This document shows, in pieces, positions 16,260-30,796 of a DNA stretch of 64,000 nt; position 1 is the first letter of the stretch; each line of letters begins with the position of its first letter. This DNA comes from the human T2T-CHM13v2.0 reference genome, Homo sapiens. The translations under genes and the position numbers were made by a program. The stretch is taken from NCBI RefSeq assembly GCF_009914755.1, contig NC_060947.1, one strand, 5' to 3'. The notes beneath the pieces were generated by a model. That model worked only from the letters and a program-made list of their open reading frames with translations. It was not told the origin of the DNA and ran no database searches.

Positions 16260-16830
16260 CTTAGGGCAAGATAAATAGCCCTATGGTACCCACTCCACAC
16301 CCTTTGCATATTCCCATGGCCTGCCCAAAGGCTCACACATGCAATTAGGGCTTAAGAAACAGCCACCTTTGGCTGTCACGACTCCAGGCCAAGCAAAGAG
16401 CTATGCACTATGTTCCAGGCTTGAGAAAGGTCATATAAACCACCAGTGGCACACAAACCCAGGCCAGCTGAGAAGATGTGTGCCCATCTCCCAGACCTGA
16501 GTACAAACTCTTTGGGTTACCTCGAGCTCACACAACCCCAGGCCAGGTGACAAGCCTTGTGCCCATGTCCCAGGCCTGAGAAAGTTTCACAGGCTTTTCC
16601 TGGAAGACATACTCCCAACCCAGCTGAGCAGTTGTGTGCCTGCATCCTGGGCCTGATAAAAAGCTCCATGGGCTGCCCCTGGCAAGTATGCCCCAAGGCA
16701 GGCCAAGCAACTGTGCACCTATGCCCAAGCCAGAGTAACAACCCCTTGGCTCCAACCCCAGCAAGCCAGACCCCAAATTGGTTGATCCATGTTCATGCAT
16801 GCACTCCTGACCAGAGAAACAGCCTGGTGA
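16260..16830 (+). repeat. Degenerate ~78-bp tandem array (about 8 units) in the L1 5' UTR
   Basis: A CCAGGCCTGAGAAA-like anchor recurs at about 16262, 16346, 16415, 16491, 16570, 16647, 16725 and 16807. Confidence 0.72.
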
Positions 16831-17499
16831 GCCCACCCACAAAATATCTGCACCATCACTGCCACACCTCTATCAGTGTAGGCCACTGAGACACACACAA
16901 ATGTCACTAGCATGGATGAGGGCTAAAGAATGTACATAAATATTTCACTGTTGCACTAACCTAGAATGAAGCCAATGCACCCCACTATACCAAGACCCCC
17001 CAAACTCATCAAATAATAAATCTTTCCCTACAAAACCTTTTTCATAAAATTGGAAGAGCCAACTGTTTCATCAGATGCATAAAAATCAACATAAGGAAAT
17101 AACAAACACAAAAAAGCAAGGAAGCATGAAGCCTTCTACATAACACAATAATTATTCAAAAACAGACACCAATCAAAAAAATACACAAAATTTAAGAAAA
17201 AATCAAAATACTAATCTTAAGCAAAATCAGTATGGTGCAAGAAAATAAGGAGAGGTGATTTAATGAAATCAGAAAAGTACTTATGATTCAAATAAAACAA
17301 TTCAACAAAGAAATAGATATCATAAAAAAGAACCAAACAGAAATTCTACAGCTGAAGAGCTCAATGAATTAAAAAAAAAAAAAACCACAATCAAGAGTTT
17401 CAAGAACAGACTAGATAAAGTTTAAAAAGTATCTCTGAGTTTGAAGACAGGTATTTTGAAATCACACAGGCAGACAAAAAAGAATAAAGAATAAAAAAG

Positions 17500-17828
<329 letters not shown>

Positions 17829-18575
17829 TCATCAAGCAAAGAAATATCTACAAGGTACGTATTCCAGAAAAAGAAAAGAAGAAAGAAAAAAAGATGTATA
17901 AAACATACTTGATGAAATAATAGCTAAAATCTTTTCAAGTCTTCATTGAGAAATGGACATCCAGATCCAGGAAGCTCAAAGAATAACAAATAGACTCCAA
18001 ATAAATCTTTTCTGAGGCATGTTAGAATCAGTGTCACAAGTCAAAGAAATAAGAAAAATTATAAAAACATCAGGAATGAGAAGTGACATCAAATGTAAGG
18101 GAATCCTCATCAGACTAATAGCAGGTTTCTCAGCAGAAATCTTACAGACCCAGAAAGAATGGGATGATATATTCAAGCCACTGAATGAATAAAAATTCTA
18201 GCCAAGAATATTATATCCAGCTAACCTAGCCTTCATAAATGGAAAAGAAATAAAATCTTTCACAGACAAGCAAAAACTAAGGGAATTCATCACCACCAGA
18301 CTGGCCTTACAAGAAATGTTCAAAAGAGTCTTACATCTCAAAGTGAAAAGATGATAACAACCATCATGAAAACACATGAATCTATGAAACTCACTGGAAG
18401 TTATAAAATACACAAAGGAGAAAGAGAATCAGATATTATCATTACATAAAAACACCCAATCACAAAATTAAACTATAAAGAGGAAGTTCAGATAAAAAAG
18501 ATATACAAAACAATGAGAAAACAATCAAAATGACAGTAGTAAGTTCTCACCTAACAATAATAACCTTTAATGTAA

Positions 18576-18891
<316 letters not shown>

Positions 18892-20213
18892 TTAAATTTC
18901 TCTTTTAAAAGACAAACTTGCTAAATGAATAAAAATTGTGACCCAACTATATGCTACCTACAAGAAATTCACCCTGTATGGAAGGAAACAGACTGAAAGT
19001 GAACGGATGGAAAAAATACTCCATGTAAATGGAAACCAAAAGAAAGCAAGAGTAGCTATATTTATATCAGACAAAACAGACTTTAAGTAAAAAGGTGTCA
19101 AAAGGGATCACAAAGGACACTATATGGTAATAAAGGTATCAATTCAGCAAGAGAATATAACAGTTTTATATATATATGCACCCAACATGGGGGCACTCAG
19201 ATATGTAAAGCAAGTGATATATACTGAGAGAGATAAACCCCAATACAATGATAGTGGGGACATCAACCTCACCTGTGTACTAGTATAGATCATCTGCACA
19301 GAAAATCAACAAACATTAGACTAAAACTGCCTCACAGAAAAAAAAAGTGTACCTAACAGACTTATACAGAACATTTCAACAAACAGCTGCAGAACACACA
19401 TTCTTTCCATCAACACATTGAATAGTCTCCAGCACTCAACATGTATTAACACAAAAAAACTCAGAAACTTTTTAAAATTGAAATTGTGTCAAGTGGCTTA
19501 TCTGACCACAGTGGAAGAAAACTAGAAATACAAAACAAGAGTATTTGAAACTATACAAATACATGGAAATTAGACAACATGTTTGTGAACATCCAATGGG
19601 TCAATGAACAAGTTAAAAATGAAATTTTAAAATATCCTTGAAACAAATGAAAATAAAAAAAGTAAGAAAACCTGTGGAACAGAGCAACAGCAATATTAAG
19701 AGGTAAGTTTATAGCAATAAATGCCTACATCAAAAACTAAAAGATTTCAAATAAACAACTTTATGGTGCATTTTAAGGAACTATAAAAGCAAAAGCTTTT
19801 ATATACTAACCCAAAATTAGTAGAAAAAATAAATAATAAAGATCAGGGCTAAAATAAACAAAATTGCTACAAAAAGTATAAAATATTAGCAAGACAAGTT
19901 GGTTTTCTGAAACGATAAACAAAATTGACAAATCATTAGTTAGAGTAACTAAAAACACAGAACAAATCCAAATATAATCAGAAATGAGAAAGGGGGTGCT
20001 ACAATGGATATCACAGAAATACAAAGGATCATTGGACTACTATGAACAAATGCATATTAACAAATAAATTCAAATCCTTTAGAAAATGGATGAACTTCTG
20101 CACACAAACAACTTATCAAGATTGAATGAAGAAACAGAAAATCTGAACAAACCAATAACAAGTACTGAGATTGAATCAGTAACAAAAATTCTCCCATCAA
20201 AAAAAGTCCAGGA

Positions 20214-20490
20214 TCAGCAAACTATCGCAAGGAAAAAAAAACATACGCCGCATGTTCTCACTCATGGGTGGGAATTGAACAATGAGGACACATGGACACA
20301 GGAAGGGGAACATCACACACCAGGGCCTGTCGTGGGGTGAGGGGAGGAGAGAGGGATAGCATTAGGAGATATACCTAATGTTAAATGACGAGTGAGTTAG
20401 TGCAGCACACCAACATGGCACATGTATACATATATAACTAACCTGCACGTTGTGCGCATGTACCCTAAAACTTAAAGTATAATAAAAAAA
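20214..20490 (+). mobile_element. Short young L1PA4/5-like 3' end
   Basis: tcagcaaactatcgcaagga...gtaccctaaaacttaaagtataataaaaaaa; no TSD visible. Confidence 0.92.
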
Positions 20491-22789
20491 TACTATAGAG
20501 CCACAAAAGAGAGTGAAATCCTGTCATTCTTGGCAGTATGAATAGAACTGCATGACATTATTTAAGTAAAGTAAGCCAGGAATGGAAAATTAAATACCTC
20601 AAATTCTCCTGATATTTGGAAGTTAAAAATTATTGATTTCATAGAAGTAAAAACTAGAACAGAGGATACTAGATGCTGAAAAGGGTAAGGGGAAGGAAGC
20701 TTGGGGAGAAATTTGTTAAAGGATAAAATAATTACAGCTAAATGGCAGAATTAAGTTCAAGCATTCCACAGCACTGTAGGGTGACTATAGTTAACAATAA
20801 TATATAGTTTAAAATAGCTAGAAAAAAAATATTGGATGTTCCTAACACAAAGAAATAATAAATGTTTGAGATGATGGATATGCTATTTACCTTGATATGT
20901 TCACTATACATTATATGTATTAAAAATCACTATGTATCCCATAAATATGTAAATTATTATATGTCAGTTAAAAATAAACAAAAAATGAATGAAATGCTAT
21001 TATTTGCAGAAATGAGGATGAAACTGGAGGTCATTATGTTAAGTTAAATAAGCCAAGCACAGAAAGACAAATATTATATGTTCTCACTCATATATGAGAA
21101 CTACAATAGTGAATCTCATGAATATAAAGAGTAGATTAATGCTTACCAGGGGCTGTGAGAAGTCAGGGGGCATGGAGGGAGGTTCATTAATGGGTACGAA
21201 TACACAGTTAGATAGAAGAAATGAAAGTTAATGTTTGGTAGATCAATAGGGTGACTATAGTTAACAATAATATATTGTAACTTTCAAAATAGCTAGAGGG
21301 GAATAATTAAAATGTTCCTATCATAAAGAAAAAATAAATATTTAAAAGTAATGGATATCTAAAATACTCTCATTTGATATTTACACATTATAAAAATGTA
21401 TCAAATTTTCACATGTTCCCTAAAAATATGTATATCCATTTATGTATCAATAAAAATTAACAAGCCAAAGCCTGTCAAATGTGGTTTAACAATTCAAATT
21501 GAAAAAATGTGTCTTCTCATCAAGACCCAGTTGGGGAGGCAATATGTTATAGTATGTCTACTTAGTATATTTCTTAGGAGTTGACCCACTGCAACTTTTA
21601 TATAGCTATTGAATTGGTAACGTCGAAGTCATAATTAAGTTTTCTTGTCATATTAATAACCTTCAGAATTCAATGAGACTAATAGTACTATATTTTAACA
21701 ATTTACCTGCATCACAATAAAAGTTGTTTGTTAGGATATTTCATTACAAGGCACTGATGTAATTATAATAGCAGCAAAAAATCAGTATTGACCATAACTA
21801 CTCAGCTACTAACTCTGCACATCATCTTTGAGCACTAAAAAAATAGTATTGAATCTGCCAGAAGAATATGAACAGCTAGCACCAGGGATAAATCTTCCTG
21901 GGATGATGCATTTCTGATATCATATTATACTTTCCCCTCTCTTGTTCCTGTTTTGAACTCAGTATCTATCCTTGTTATAACCTTCTAATATTCTGTCACA
22001 ATCACTAATTTTTGTTGTTTTGTACTATCTGCACTATAAAGGATGTGCTAGGTATTCAGGTATTTACAATTATAAACTTAACTAACATTTATTTTAAAAT
22101 AATGGGTACGAGTATACAGTTAGAGAAAATAAATGAAAGTTAGTGTTTGATAGATCAATAGGGTAACTATAGTTAAAATAATCTATTGAACCTTTCTAAA
22201 ATACATTTTTGGTTAGTTTATAATACACTTTAATAAATGATAAAATAAAATCCATTGTAATAATTTTTAAATAAAAATTTTTTATTTAACTTCAAAAATC
22301 AAGCCGAAGTAAAACTTTCAAACGTTTCTGCTCTGTCCTTTTAAATATTTTTTAATGTCTGTAATTTACATATTATATGGCTTATAAAAACATAGAAATA
22401 AAATCTCAAAATTCACAACCCTTCCAACTGGAGTTCATTTTCCATAGCAGTAAAAAATGTGACATATTTATCCTTCGCCATACAGAATGAAACAAACAAT
22501 CCAGAGGTTTATTAGTAGGTTAGGTAAATGGGGCAACTATATCTTTGTTTTAGAGCCTCTTTGATGATGAAATTACTGAGGACAAAAGAGGTAGGCAATG
22601 CACCTACAATATGAGATTTCTATAAGAATACCTTAAAATTGCAGAATGTTTTGCCATTTTCAAAGCTCACTAATCAACTTTTTTCTCATGTGACACTTAC
22701 TAATAGCTCTGTGTTAAGCAACTATCTTCTCTATTTTAGAGATAACATGGAGAAGCTCATGTCTTTGAGATTTTCTCCTTTATTTTCTG

Positions 22790-24905
22790 GGTATATTGAG
22801 GCAAAATAGACAACTAAAAATTATAAATATTGAAGATGTACAATGTGATATTCTGATATATGTTTACATCATGAAATAATTACCTCGATCAAACTAATTA
22901 ACATATACATCACCTCACACTGTTACCATTTTTTTGTGGTAAAAACATTTAAATTTAACACATTTCAATTATACAATACAGTATTTACTATAGTCACTAT
23001 GCTGTACATTAGTTTCTCAGAACTTATTTATCCTGCATAAGATTTTGTACACTTTGACCAATAATTCCCTCAGCCCCTACCAACCACCATTCACTCTCTA
23101 TTTTTATAAATTTGATTTTTTTTTATTTCACATATAACTGAGATCATGCAGCATTTGTCTTTCTTTGCCTGTTTTCCTTCAGTTAGCACAATGCCTTTTA
23201 GGTTCGTCTATGTTGTTGCAAATGACAGGATTTCTTTCATTTTAGAGGCTTAATAATATTTATTGTGTACATATGTCACACTTTATTCATTCATCTGTCA
23301 ATAGACATTTAGATTCACTCAATATTTTGGCTATTGTGAATAATTCCACATGACATAAAAATGCAGATATCTTTTGAGATAGTGTTTTTAATTCTTTTGG
23401 ATATATAACCAGAAGTGGAGTTGTAGATCACATGATAGTTCTGTTTTTAATTTTTTGAAGAAACTCCATATTATTTTCCATAATAACTGTACCAATTTAC
23501 ATTCCCACCAGCAGCAAACAAGTATTCCCTATTATCCACATTCTCACCAACATGTATCTTTGGACATTTTGATAACAGCCATCCTAACAGGTGTGAGGGA
23601 ATATCTCATTGTGGTTTTGATTTGCATTTCCTGAATGATTAGCATTGTTGAGTATTTTTTAAAATATGTGTTGGCCACTTGTATGTCTTCTTTGGAATAA
23701 TGTCTATTCAGATCCTTTGCCCATTTTTAATTAATTTATTTGTGGTGTTTTAATTTTATTTGTTCTTTAGCTATTAAATTATAGGAATTTCTTCTGTATT
23801 TTGGATATTAAACCCTTATCCGATACGTGGTGCTAAGGTATGGACGTGTCCTCCCCCAAAATTCAAGTGTTAGAAACTTAATTCCCAATGCAACATTGCT
23901 GGAAGGTGGAGCCTAATAGAAGCTGTATAGAATAGGAGGGCTCTGCCTTTTGATTTCTTATTGGATCCATTGGTTGTTTGTGTGTGATTTAATTTTCACA
24001 CGGTGTAAAATGCTGCAGTTTTTCTTGTGTTATTAATTTCTAGTGTCATAGCATGGTGGTTGGAAATGATACTTGACATGATTTTAATCTTCTTGAATTT
24101 GTTGAGATTTGTTTTGTGCCCTAACTTATGTTCTATCCTGGAAAAAGTTCTGTGTGTGCTTGACAAATACATGTATTCAGCTGGTGCTGTAAGGAATATG
24201 TATGTTAGGTCCATTTGTCTAAAGTGAAGGTCAAGTCCATTGTTTCCTTATTGATTTTCTGACTGGATGATCTATCCATTGCTGGATGCAGGGTATTGAA
24301 TCTCCCTACCATGATTGGATTACCCTCTATTTCTCTCTTCAATTCTGCTAATGTTTGCTTAATAGATTAGGTGCTCTGATATTGGGTTTATATATATTTA
24401 CCACTGCTGTAGCCTCTTGATCTCTTTGAGTTATCATTTGCATAGAATATCTTTTCTCATCCTTTCACCTTGAGCCTATGTGTGTCCTTAAACCTAAACT
24501 GAGTCTCTTGTAAACAACATATAGTTGGATCTTGTTTTCTTTCCATTAAGCCCCTATGTTTTTTGATTGCAGAGTTTATTTACATTCAAGATAATTATTG
24601 ATATGTAAGGACTTAGCATTACCATTTTGTTAAATTTTTCTGACTGTTTTGTAGTTTCTTTGTTCTCTTCTCTTGTTTTCCTTTTCGATTTAATCATTTT
24701 GTGTACTGGTAGGCTTTGATTCCTTTCTGTTTCTCCTGTGTATCTACTGCAGGATTTTTAGTGACATTGCAATGAGGCTTACATACAGCATCCTATAGTG
24801 ATATCAGTTTATTTTAAGTTGATAACAACTTAATTTTGACATGTCTTTATTTTCTGTTAGTACCATTATAATACATATATTGCAAGTATTTTTGTCTTTC
24901 CTTCT
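22790..24905 (-). mobile_element. L1MA9-like element: 3' end (22790-23830) and ORF2 N-terminus/inter-ORF region (23949-24905), with the middle deleted
   Basis: Antisense L1MA 3' UTR; ORF 23996..24214 (FSRIEHKLGHKTNL) is endonuclease-like. Confidence 0.8.
23831..23948 (+). mobile_element. 5' fragment of a MaLR LTR (MSTC/MSTD/MLT1A-like)
   Basis: TGCTAAGGTATGGACGTGTCC...CAAAATTCAAGTGTTAGAAACTTAATTCCCAATGCAACA; stops abruptly. Confidence 0.8.
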
Positions 24906-25209
24906 AAATTGTGACCTCCACAAAGTCAATGTTAAATTTAACTCTTTAGACTCAGTACCTAACCAGTGTCTAAATGCACAATAAATATTTAGCAATTAAA
25001 CATGTGAATCAATCAAAGTGTTATGTGGCTGTGAATAGGACCAAATGAATATAATAGGATAATTAATACTAAAACTCAGAACTTCTGATATTTAATCTAA
25101 TGCTATTTTTACTTATTCAATATGATTCAGGTGTTCATGTCAAGGTTGGATAATAGCTTGGAGAATGTGAGGTCTGAGGGTTCCCAAATCAGGAATTTCC
25201 CAGTTGAAA

Positions 25210-25775
25210 CAAATACATAATTGAAAAATATTTAACACTTACTCTATGCCAAACATTATTCTAGGTTTCAGAATTACAGCAATAATGTCTTTGGCATGAG
25301 CAGTTTTACGTTCTACTGGAGGAGATATACTGTAAACAAGTTAGTAAATATATGATAGGTCAGGAATAAAAGGAGAATTGGTAGGAGTTGATGTCAGATA
25401 ATTTGATGGGAGCTAGATCATGTAGGGCCTTGTAGGTCATTGTAAAGATTTAAGTGGGTGAGTAATAACATCTTTGTTGTATTTTTAAGATTGCTCTATT
25501 TGCTGTGCAATTATGTGGGGAGCAAAGATAAAAGCAGATAAACCAGTGCAGTAATTCAGATGAGAGATAATGTTGTCTTGAACTAAAATGCAATGGAGAT
25601 GATGAAGAAAAATGGCATGATAAGAAATGACTATACTTTGAATATATTTAAATGGTAGAAATGACAGCATTGGTTGCAGAATTGAATGTAAGGTTGAGAG
25701 AAAGAGGAGTCAATAATTAGCCCTCTCAAAACCTGAGAAAATTGGAGGATTGAGTTTATATTTACTGAGATGAGA
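25210..25775 (-). mobile_element. L2 remnant
   Basis: L2-like motifs ctatgccaaacattattctagg, gggccttgtaggtcattgtaaaga and gagagaaagaggagtcaa. Confidence 0.65.
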
Positions 25776-25779
25776 AGTG

Positions 25780-26325
25780 GGACCACCTATTTTGTTTTCT
25801 GTATTATGATGATCTGATATCTGGGGTCTTGCTGCCCACAGAAGGACTGCTCCTCTAGGGCTCACCAATTTCTAGAAATAATAAACGAGTTACCTGCAAG
25901 AATGCTTTTTAAATGCAAAACAAACAATCCAGAGACCACAACCTCAACCATCTCCTATATTTGGCTCACTCAGGTCCACTATTAATCTACCATAATCACT
26001 GTAAGGGCAGGTACCAAACAACTAGGGGCGTCACATTCCTCACATTGTGTTGACATTATTCAAACTAATCAATAGTAAGCCTGTTTACTTTGCCTCACTC
26101 ATTCCTTCCCATGGAAACCTCAATAAAGGCTCTTGTCTGCACTTTCCCCCGCCCTCTGCCTGCTTACCAAATGAAGGTCCCTTGTCCTCTCAACTCCCTG
26201 TCCATGGCATATCATGCCTCCTCCTTTTAGAATCTTTGAAGATAACATACTATCTTTTCAATTATATTCATCTCTTGACCTTTTGGACTTTTTTACCTGA
26301 AGAATATTAAAACCCAGACTTTAAA
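25780..26325 (+). mobile_element. MER74-like ERVL solo LTR
   Basis: ctggggtcttgctg...caaacaatccagag...ggtaccaaacaactaggg...ttattcaaactaatcaat...caataaaggctcttg matches my recalled MER74A layout. Confidence 0.72.
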
Positions 26326-26844
26326 GCCATGAGGAATGTCATTTTGAACATAATTAAAATATGTCATAATTTTGGAGAAATTGGAACCCTTATACCCAGT
26401 TGGTGGGAATGCAAAATGTTGTAGCCACTATGGAATACGGTAGGGAGGTTTCTCAAAAATTAAAATAGAACTACCATATGATTCAGCAACCCCATTTCCA
26501 GATATTTATCCAAAACAGTTTAAATCAGGATCTCAAAAAGATGTTAGCATACCCATGCTCATTGCAGTACTATTTACAATAGCAAAGATGTAAAAACAAC
26601 CTGATGGCCATCATCAGATAAATGGGTAAAGAAAACGTGGTATGTATACACACTAGAATACTAGTCAGCCTTTAAGAGAAGAAACTCCTGTCATATGTGA
26701 CAACATTGATAAACCTGGAGGCCATTATGCTATATAAAACAAGCCAGGAACATGCAGATAAATACAACATGATCTTATATGTGTAATTTAAAAAAGTTTA
26801 GCACAGAGAAGCAGAGAGTAAAATGGTAGTTATGAGACATGTGT

Positions 26845-26932
26845 CTGTTGGGGCATAGTGGTAAAAACAGCAAAATTTCTGTTAGATACTGTTGGGGCAT
26901 AGTGGTAAAAACAGCAAAATTTCTGTTAGATA
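26845..26932. repeat. Perfect 44-bp tandem duplication
   Basis: ctgttggggcatagtggtaaaaacagcaaaatttctgttagata x2 (26845-26888, 26889-26932). Confidence 0.97.
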
Positions 26933-27118
26933 GAAGGAATAAGTTCAACAGGCCTATTGTAGAACATGGAGACTATAGTTAATAACAATGTATTGCATTC
27001 TTGAAAGTAACTCTAAGAGAGTAGATTCGAGTGTCTGCATTACAAATAACTGACAAGCTTATGAATTAATGCATATGTTAAATATTTTGATTTAGCCATT
27101 CCACAACTTATACATTAT

Positions 27119-30100
27119 CTTTTTTTGTCAACTTTTATTTTAGATACAGGGGTGTGAGTGCAGGTTTGTTACATGGGTATATCGCACCTAGGTAGTGATT
27201 ATAGTACCCAATATATAGATTTTTGCCCCTTCCTTTCCTCTTCTCTCTAGTAGTCTGCAGTGCCTACTGTTTCTATGTTAATGTCAATAGTTGCTGAATA
27301 TTTAGCTTCCACATGTAAGTGGAAATATGTGGTATTTTGTTCTCTGTTCCTGCATTAATTTCCTTAGGATTATGGCCTCTAGCTCCATCCATGTTGCTCC
27401 AAAAGGTTATGATTTTATTCTTTTTTGTGGCTGCATAGTATGCCATGCTGTATATATGCAACTCTTGTTTTATTCCTTCCACCACTAATGGATACCTAGA
27501 TTGATTCCATGTCTTTGCTATTGTGAATAGTGCAGCAATGTGAGTGCATGCGTCTTTATGGTATAATTATTTATTTTCATTTGGGTGTATACTCAGTAAT
27601 GGAATTGCTGTGTTGAAGGAATATTCTGTGTTGAATGTTCTGTTTTAAGTTCTTTGAGAAATCATCGAATTTCTTTCTAGCGTGGCTGACCAATTTACAT
27701 TCCCACCAACAGTATATATGCATTTCCTTGCCTAAATCTTGCCAGATTCTGCTGTTTTTTTACTTTTAATAATAGCCATTCAGACTAATGTGAGATTGTG
27801 TATCATTTGGGTTTTGATTAGCATCTCTCTGATGTCTAGTGATGATGGTATTTTTTCATATGTTTGTTGACTGCTTATATGTATTCTTTTGAGAAGTATC
27901 CGTTCATATTTTTTGCCCATTTTTTAAAGGGGTTAATTGTATTTTGCTTGTTGACTTGTTTAAGTTTACTACATATTCTGAATATTAAACATTTATTCGA
28001 TGCATAGTCTGTAGATATTTTCTCCCATTCTGTAGTTTGTCTGTTTCCTCTCTTGATAGTTTTTTTCCCCCCCCTGAGGAAAAACTCTTTATTTTAATTA
28101 GGTCTCACTTGTCAATTTCTGTTTTTGTTGCAATTGCTTTGGGGGACTTAGCAAAAATCTCTTTTGACAAGGTCAATGTTGAAAAGGATATTGCCTAGGT
28201 AGTCTTCTATGGTTTTATAATTTGAGTTTTTACATTTCAATATTTAATCCAACCTGAATTAATTTTTGTATATGGTGAAACGTAGGTGTCCAGTTACATT
28301 ATTGTACATATGACTATCTGGTTATCTCAGCACCATTTATTGAAAAGAGGGTTGTTTCCCCATTGCTTTTCTTTTGTCACCCTTGTGAAAGATCAGATGG
28401 TTGTAATTATGTGGCTTTATTTGTGACTTTTCTATTCAGTTCCATTGGTCTCTGTATCTGACTTTGTACTAGTATCTTGCTGTTTCTTTTACTATAACAT
28501 TATAGTATAGTTTGAAGTGTAGTAGTGTGATGCCTCTGGCTTTGTTCTTTTTTCTTAGAATTTCTTTGGCTATTTGTGTTCTTTTTAGGTTTCAGTTGAA
28601 TTTTAGAATAGTATTATCTAATTCTGTGAAAAATGACATTGGTAGTTTAATAGGAATAGCATTGAATCTGTAAGTTGCTTTAAGCAGTATGGCCATTTTA
28701 ATGATATTGATTCTTCAAATCCATTAGCATGGGATATTTTTTTCCATTTATTTATGTTGTCTCTGATTTCTTCCAACAGGTTTTTGTAGTTATCCTTATA
28801 GAGATTTTTTACCTCTTTGGTTAGCTGTATTGCTGGGTATTTTATTTTCTTTGTGGCTGTTTTAAGTTGAATTGTGTTCTTAATTTGAACACTCAGCCTG
28901 TACCTTATTGTTATATAGAAATGCTATTGATTTTGTATCCTAAAAGCTCACCAAAATTATCAGCTCTCCTAGCTTTTTGGCGGAGTCTTTAGGGTTTTTT
29001 AAGTATGGTATCATATTGTCAGTGAAGAGAGATAGTTTAACTTCTTTTCCTATCCAGATGCCTCCTATTTCTTTATTTTGCCTGATTGCTCTGGCTAGGA
29101 CTTTCAGTATTATGTTGAATAGAAGTGGTGAGAGTAGATATCCTCGTGTTTTTCCAATTCTCAAGGAGAACAGCTTCAGCTTTTGACTTTTCAGGATGAT
29201 TTTGGCTGTGAGTGTGTCGTAGATGGCTCTTATTATTTTGATGTATCAAAATGCCTAGTTTGTTGAAGGCTTTTATTATGCAGTGATGTTGGATTTTATT
29301 ACAAGCTTTTTTTCTGTATCTATTGAAATGATTGAACATTTTTTGTCTTAATTCTGTTTATGTGGTGAATCACATTTATTGATTCGTGTATGTTGAACTG
29401 ACCTCACATACCAGGAATGAATCCTACTTGATTGTGGTAAATTAACTTTTTGATGTGATGCTGGATTCAGATTGCTAATATTTCTTTGAGGATTTTTGCA
29501 TCTATGTTCATCAGGAACATTGGCCTGAAGTTTTCCTTTTCCTTTGTATCTCTGCCAGATTTTAGCATTAGGCTGACATTGGCTTCATAGAATGAGTTAT
29601 AGAGAGCTCCTTCTCCCCCCTTTTTTTTTAAAATAGTTTTAGTAGGATTGGTACCAGCTCTTCTTTGTATGCTTGGTGGGATTCAGCTGTGAATCCATTT
29701 GGTCCAGAACTTTTTTTTGGTTGGTAGGTTTGTTTTTTGTTACCGATTCCATTTCAGAGCTCAGTATTGTTCATTCATGTTTTCAATATCTTCCTGATTC
29801 AATCCTGGAAGATTGTGTTTCCAGGAACTTATGCATTTCCTCTAGATTTTCTAATTTGTGTGCATATAGGTTTTTATAGTATCCTCTGATGGTTTTTTGT
29901 TTGTTTGTTTCTTTCTGTGGAATCAGTTGTAATGCAATCTTTATCATTTCTAATTTTACTCATTTGGATCTTCATTTTTTACTTTTCTAATGTAGCTAGA
30001 AGTCTATCAATATTATTTATTTATTTTGAAGAATCAACTCTTGGTTTCATTGATCTTTTGTATAGACTTTTGCATCTCAATTCTATTCAGTTCTCCAATT

Positions 30101-30796
30101 TTAGTTACTTCTATTCTTCTGCTAGCTTTGGGTCGTTGTTTTCCTAGTTCCTTTAGGCACAAAATTAGATTGTAAATTTGAGATCATTCTACCTTCTTGA
30201 TTAAGGCATTTAACACTATGCACTTCCCTTATAACACTGCTTTTGCTGCATCCCAGAGATTTTGCTAACGTGTATCCCTATTTTTATTAATTTCAAATAA
30301 TTATTTGATTTCTGCCTTAATATTGATGTTCATCTATGAGTTATTTAGGAGCAAGTTATTTAATTTTTGTTAATTTTTATAGTTTTAAGAGGTATTATTG
30401 ATATTTACTTCTATTTTTATTGCACTGTGGTCCAAGAGTGTACTTGGTATTATTTCAATTTGTTTGAATTTATTAAAACTTGCTTCATGACCAAGCACAT
30501 AGTCAATAGTAGAATATGTTCATGTGCACATGAGAAAGATGTATATTCTGTGATTTGGTGAAGCGTTCTGTAGATTTCTGTTCGGTCAAATTGGTCAAGT
30601 ATCAAGTTGAAGTCCATAGTTAGTTTTTTGGTTAGATTTTTTTGCCCCAATGATCTCCTGTCTTTTCATCCAGCTTGCCACTCTATTTTTTTAAGTGGAG
30701 TGTTATTTCCATTTACATTCACAGTTATTATTGATATATGAGATTTCAATCCTGCCATTGTCTTGTTAGCTATTTTTTATGTAGACTTACTTGATT
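27119..30796 (-). mobile_element. 5'-truncated L1PA15/16-like element (3' UTR to the inter-ORF region)
   Basis: T-tail at 27120; ORF 28940..29164 has [10 protein letters not shown]...LFTDNM; the ORF2 start lies near 30758; internal deletion at about 30655. Confidence 0.88.

Noticed and set aside
16260-16830. Regularly spaced motif resembling a CRISPR array
   Set aside because: Whole units are similar with no unique spacers, there are no cas genes, and it lies inside a eukaryotic L1 5' UTR.
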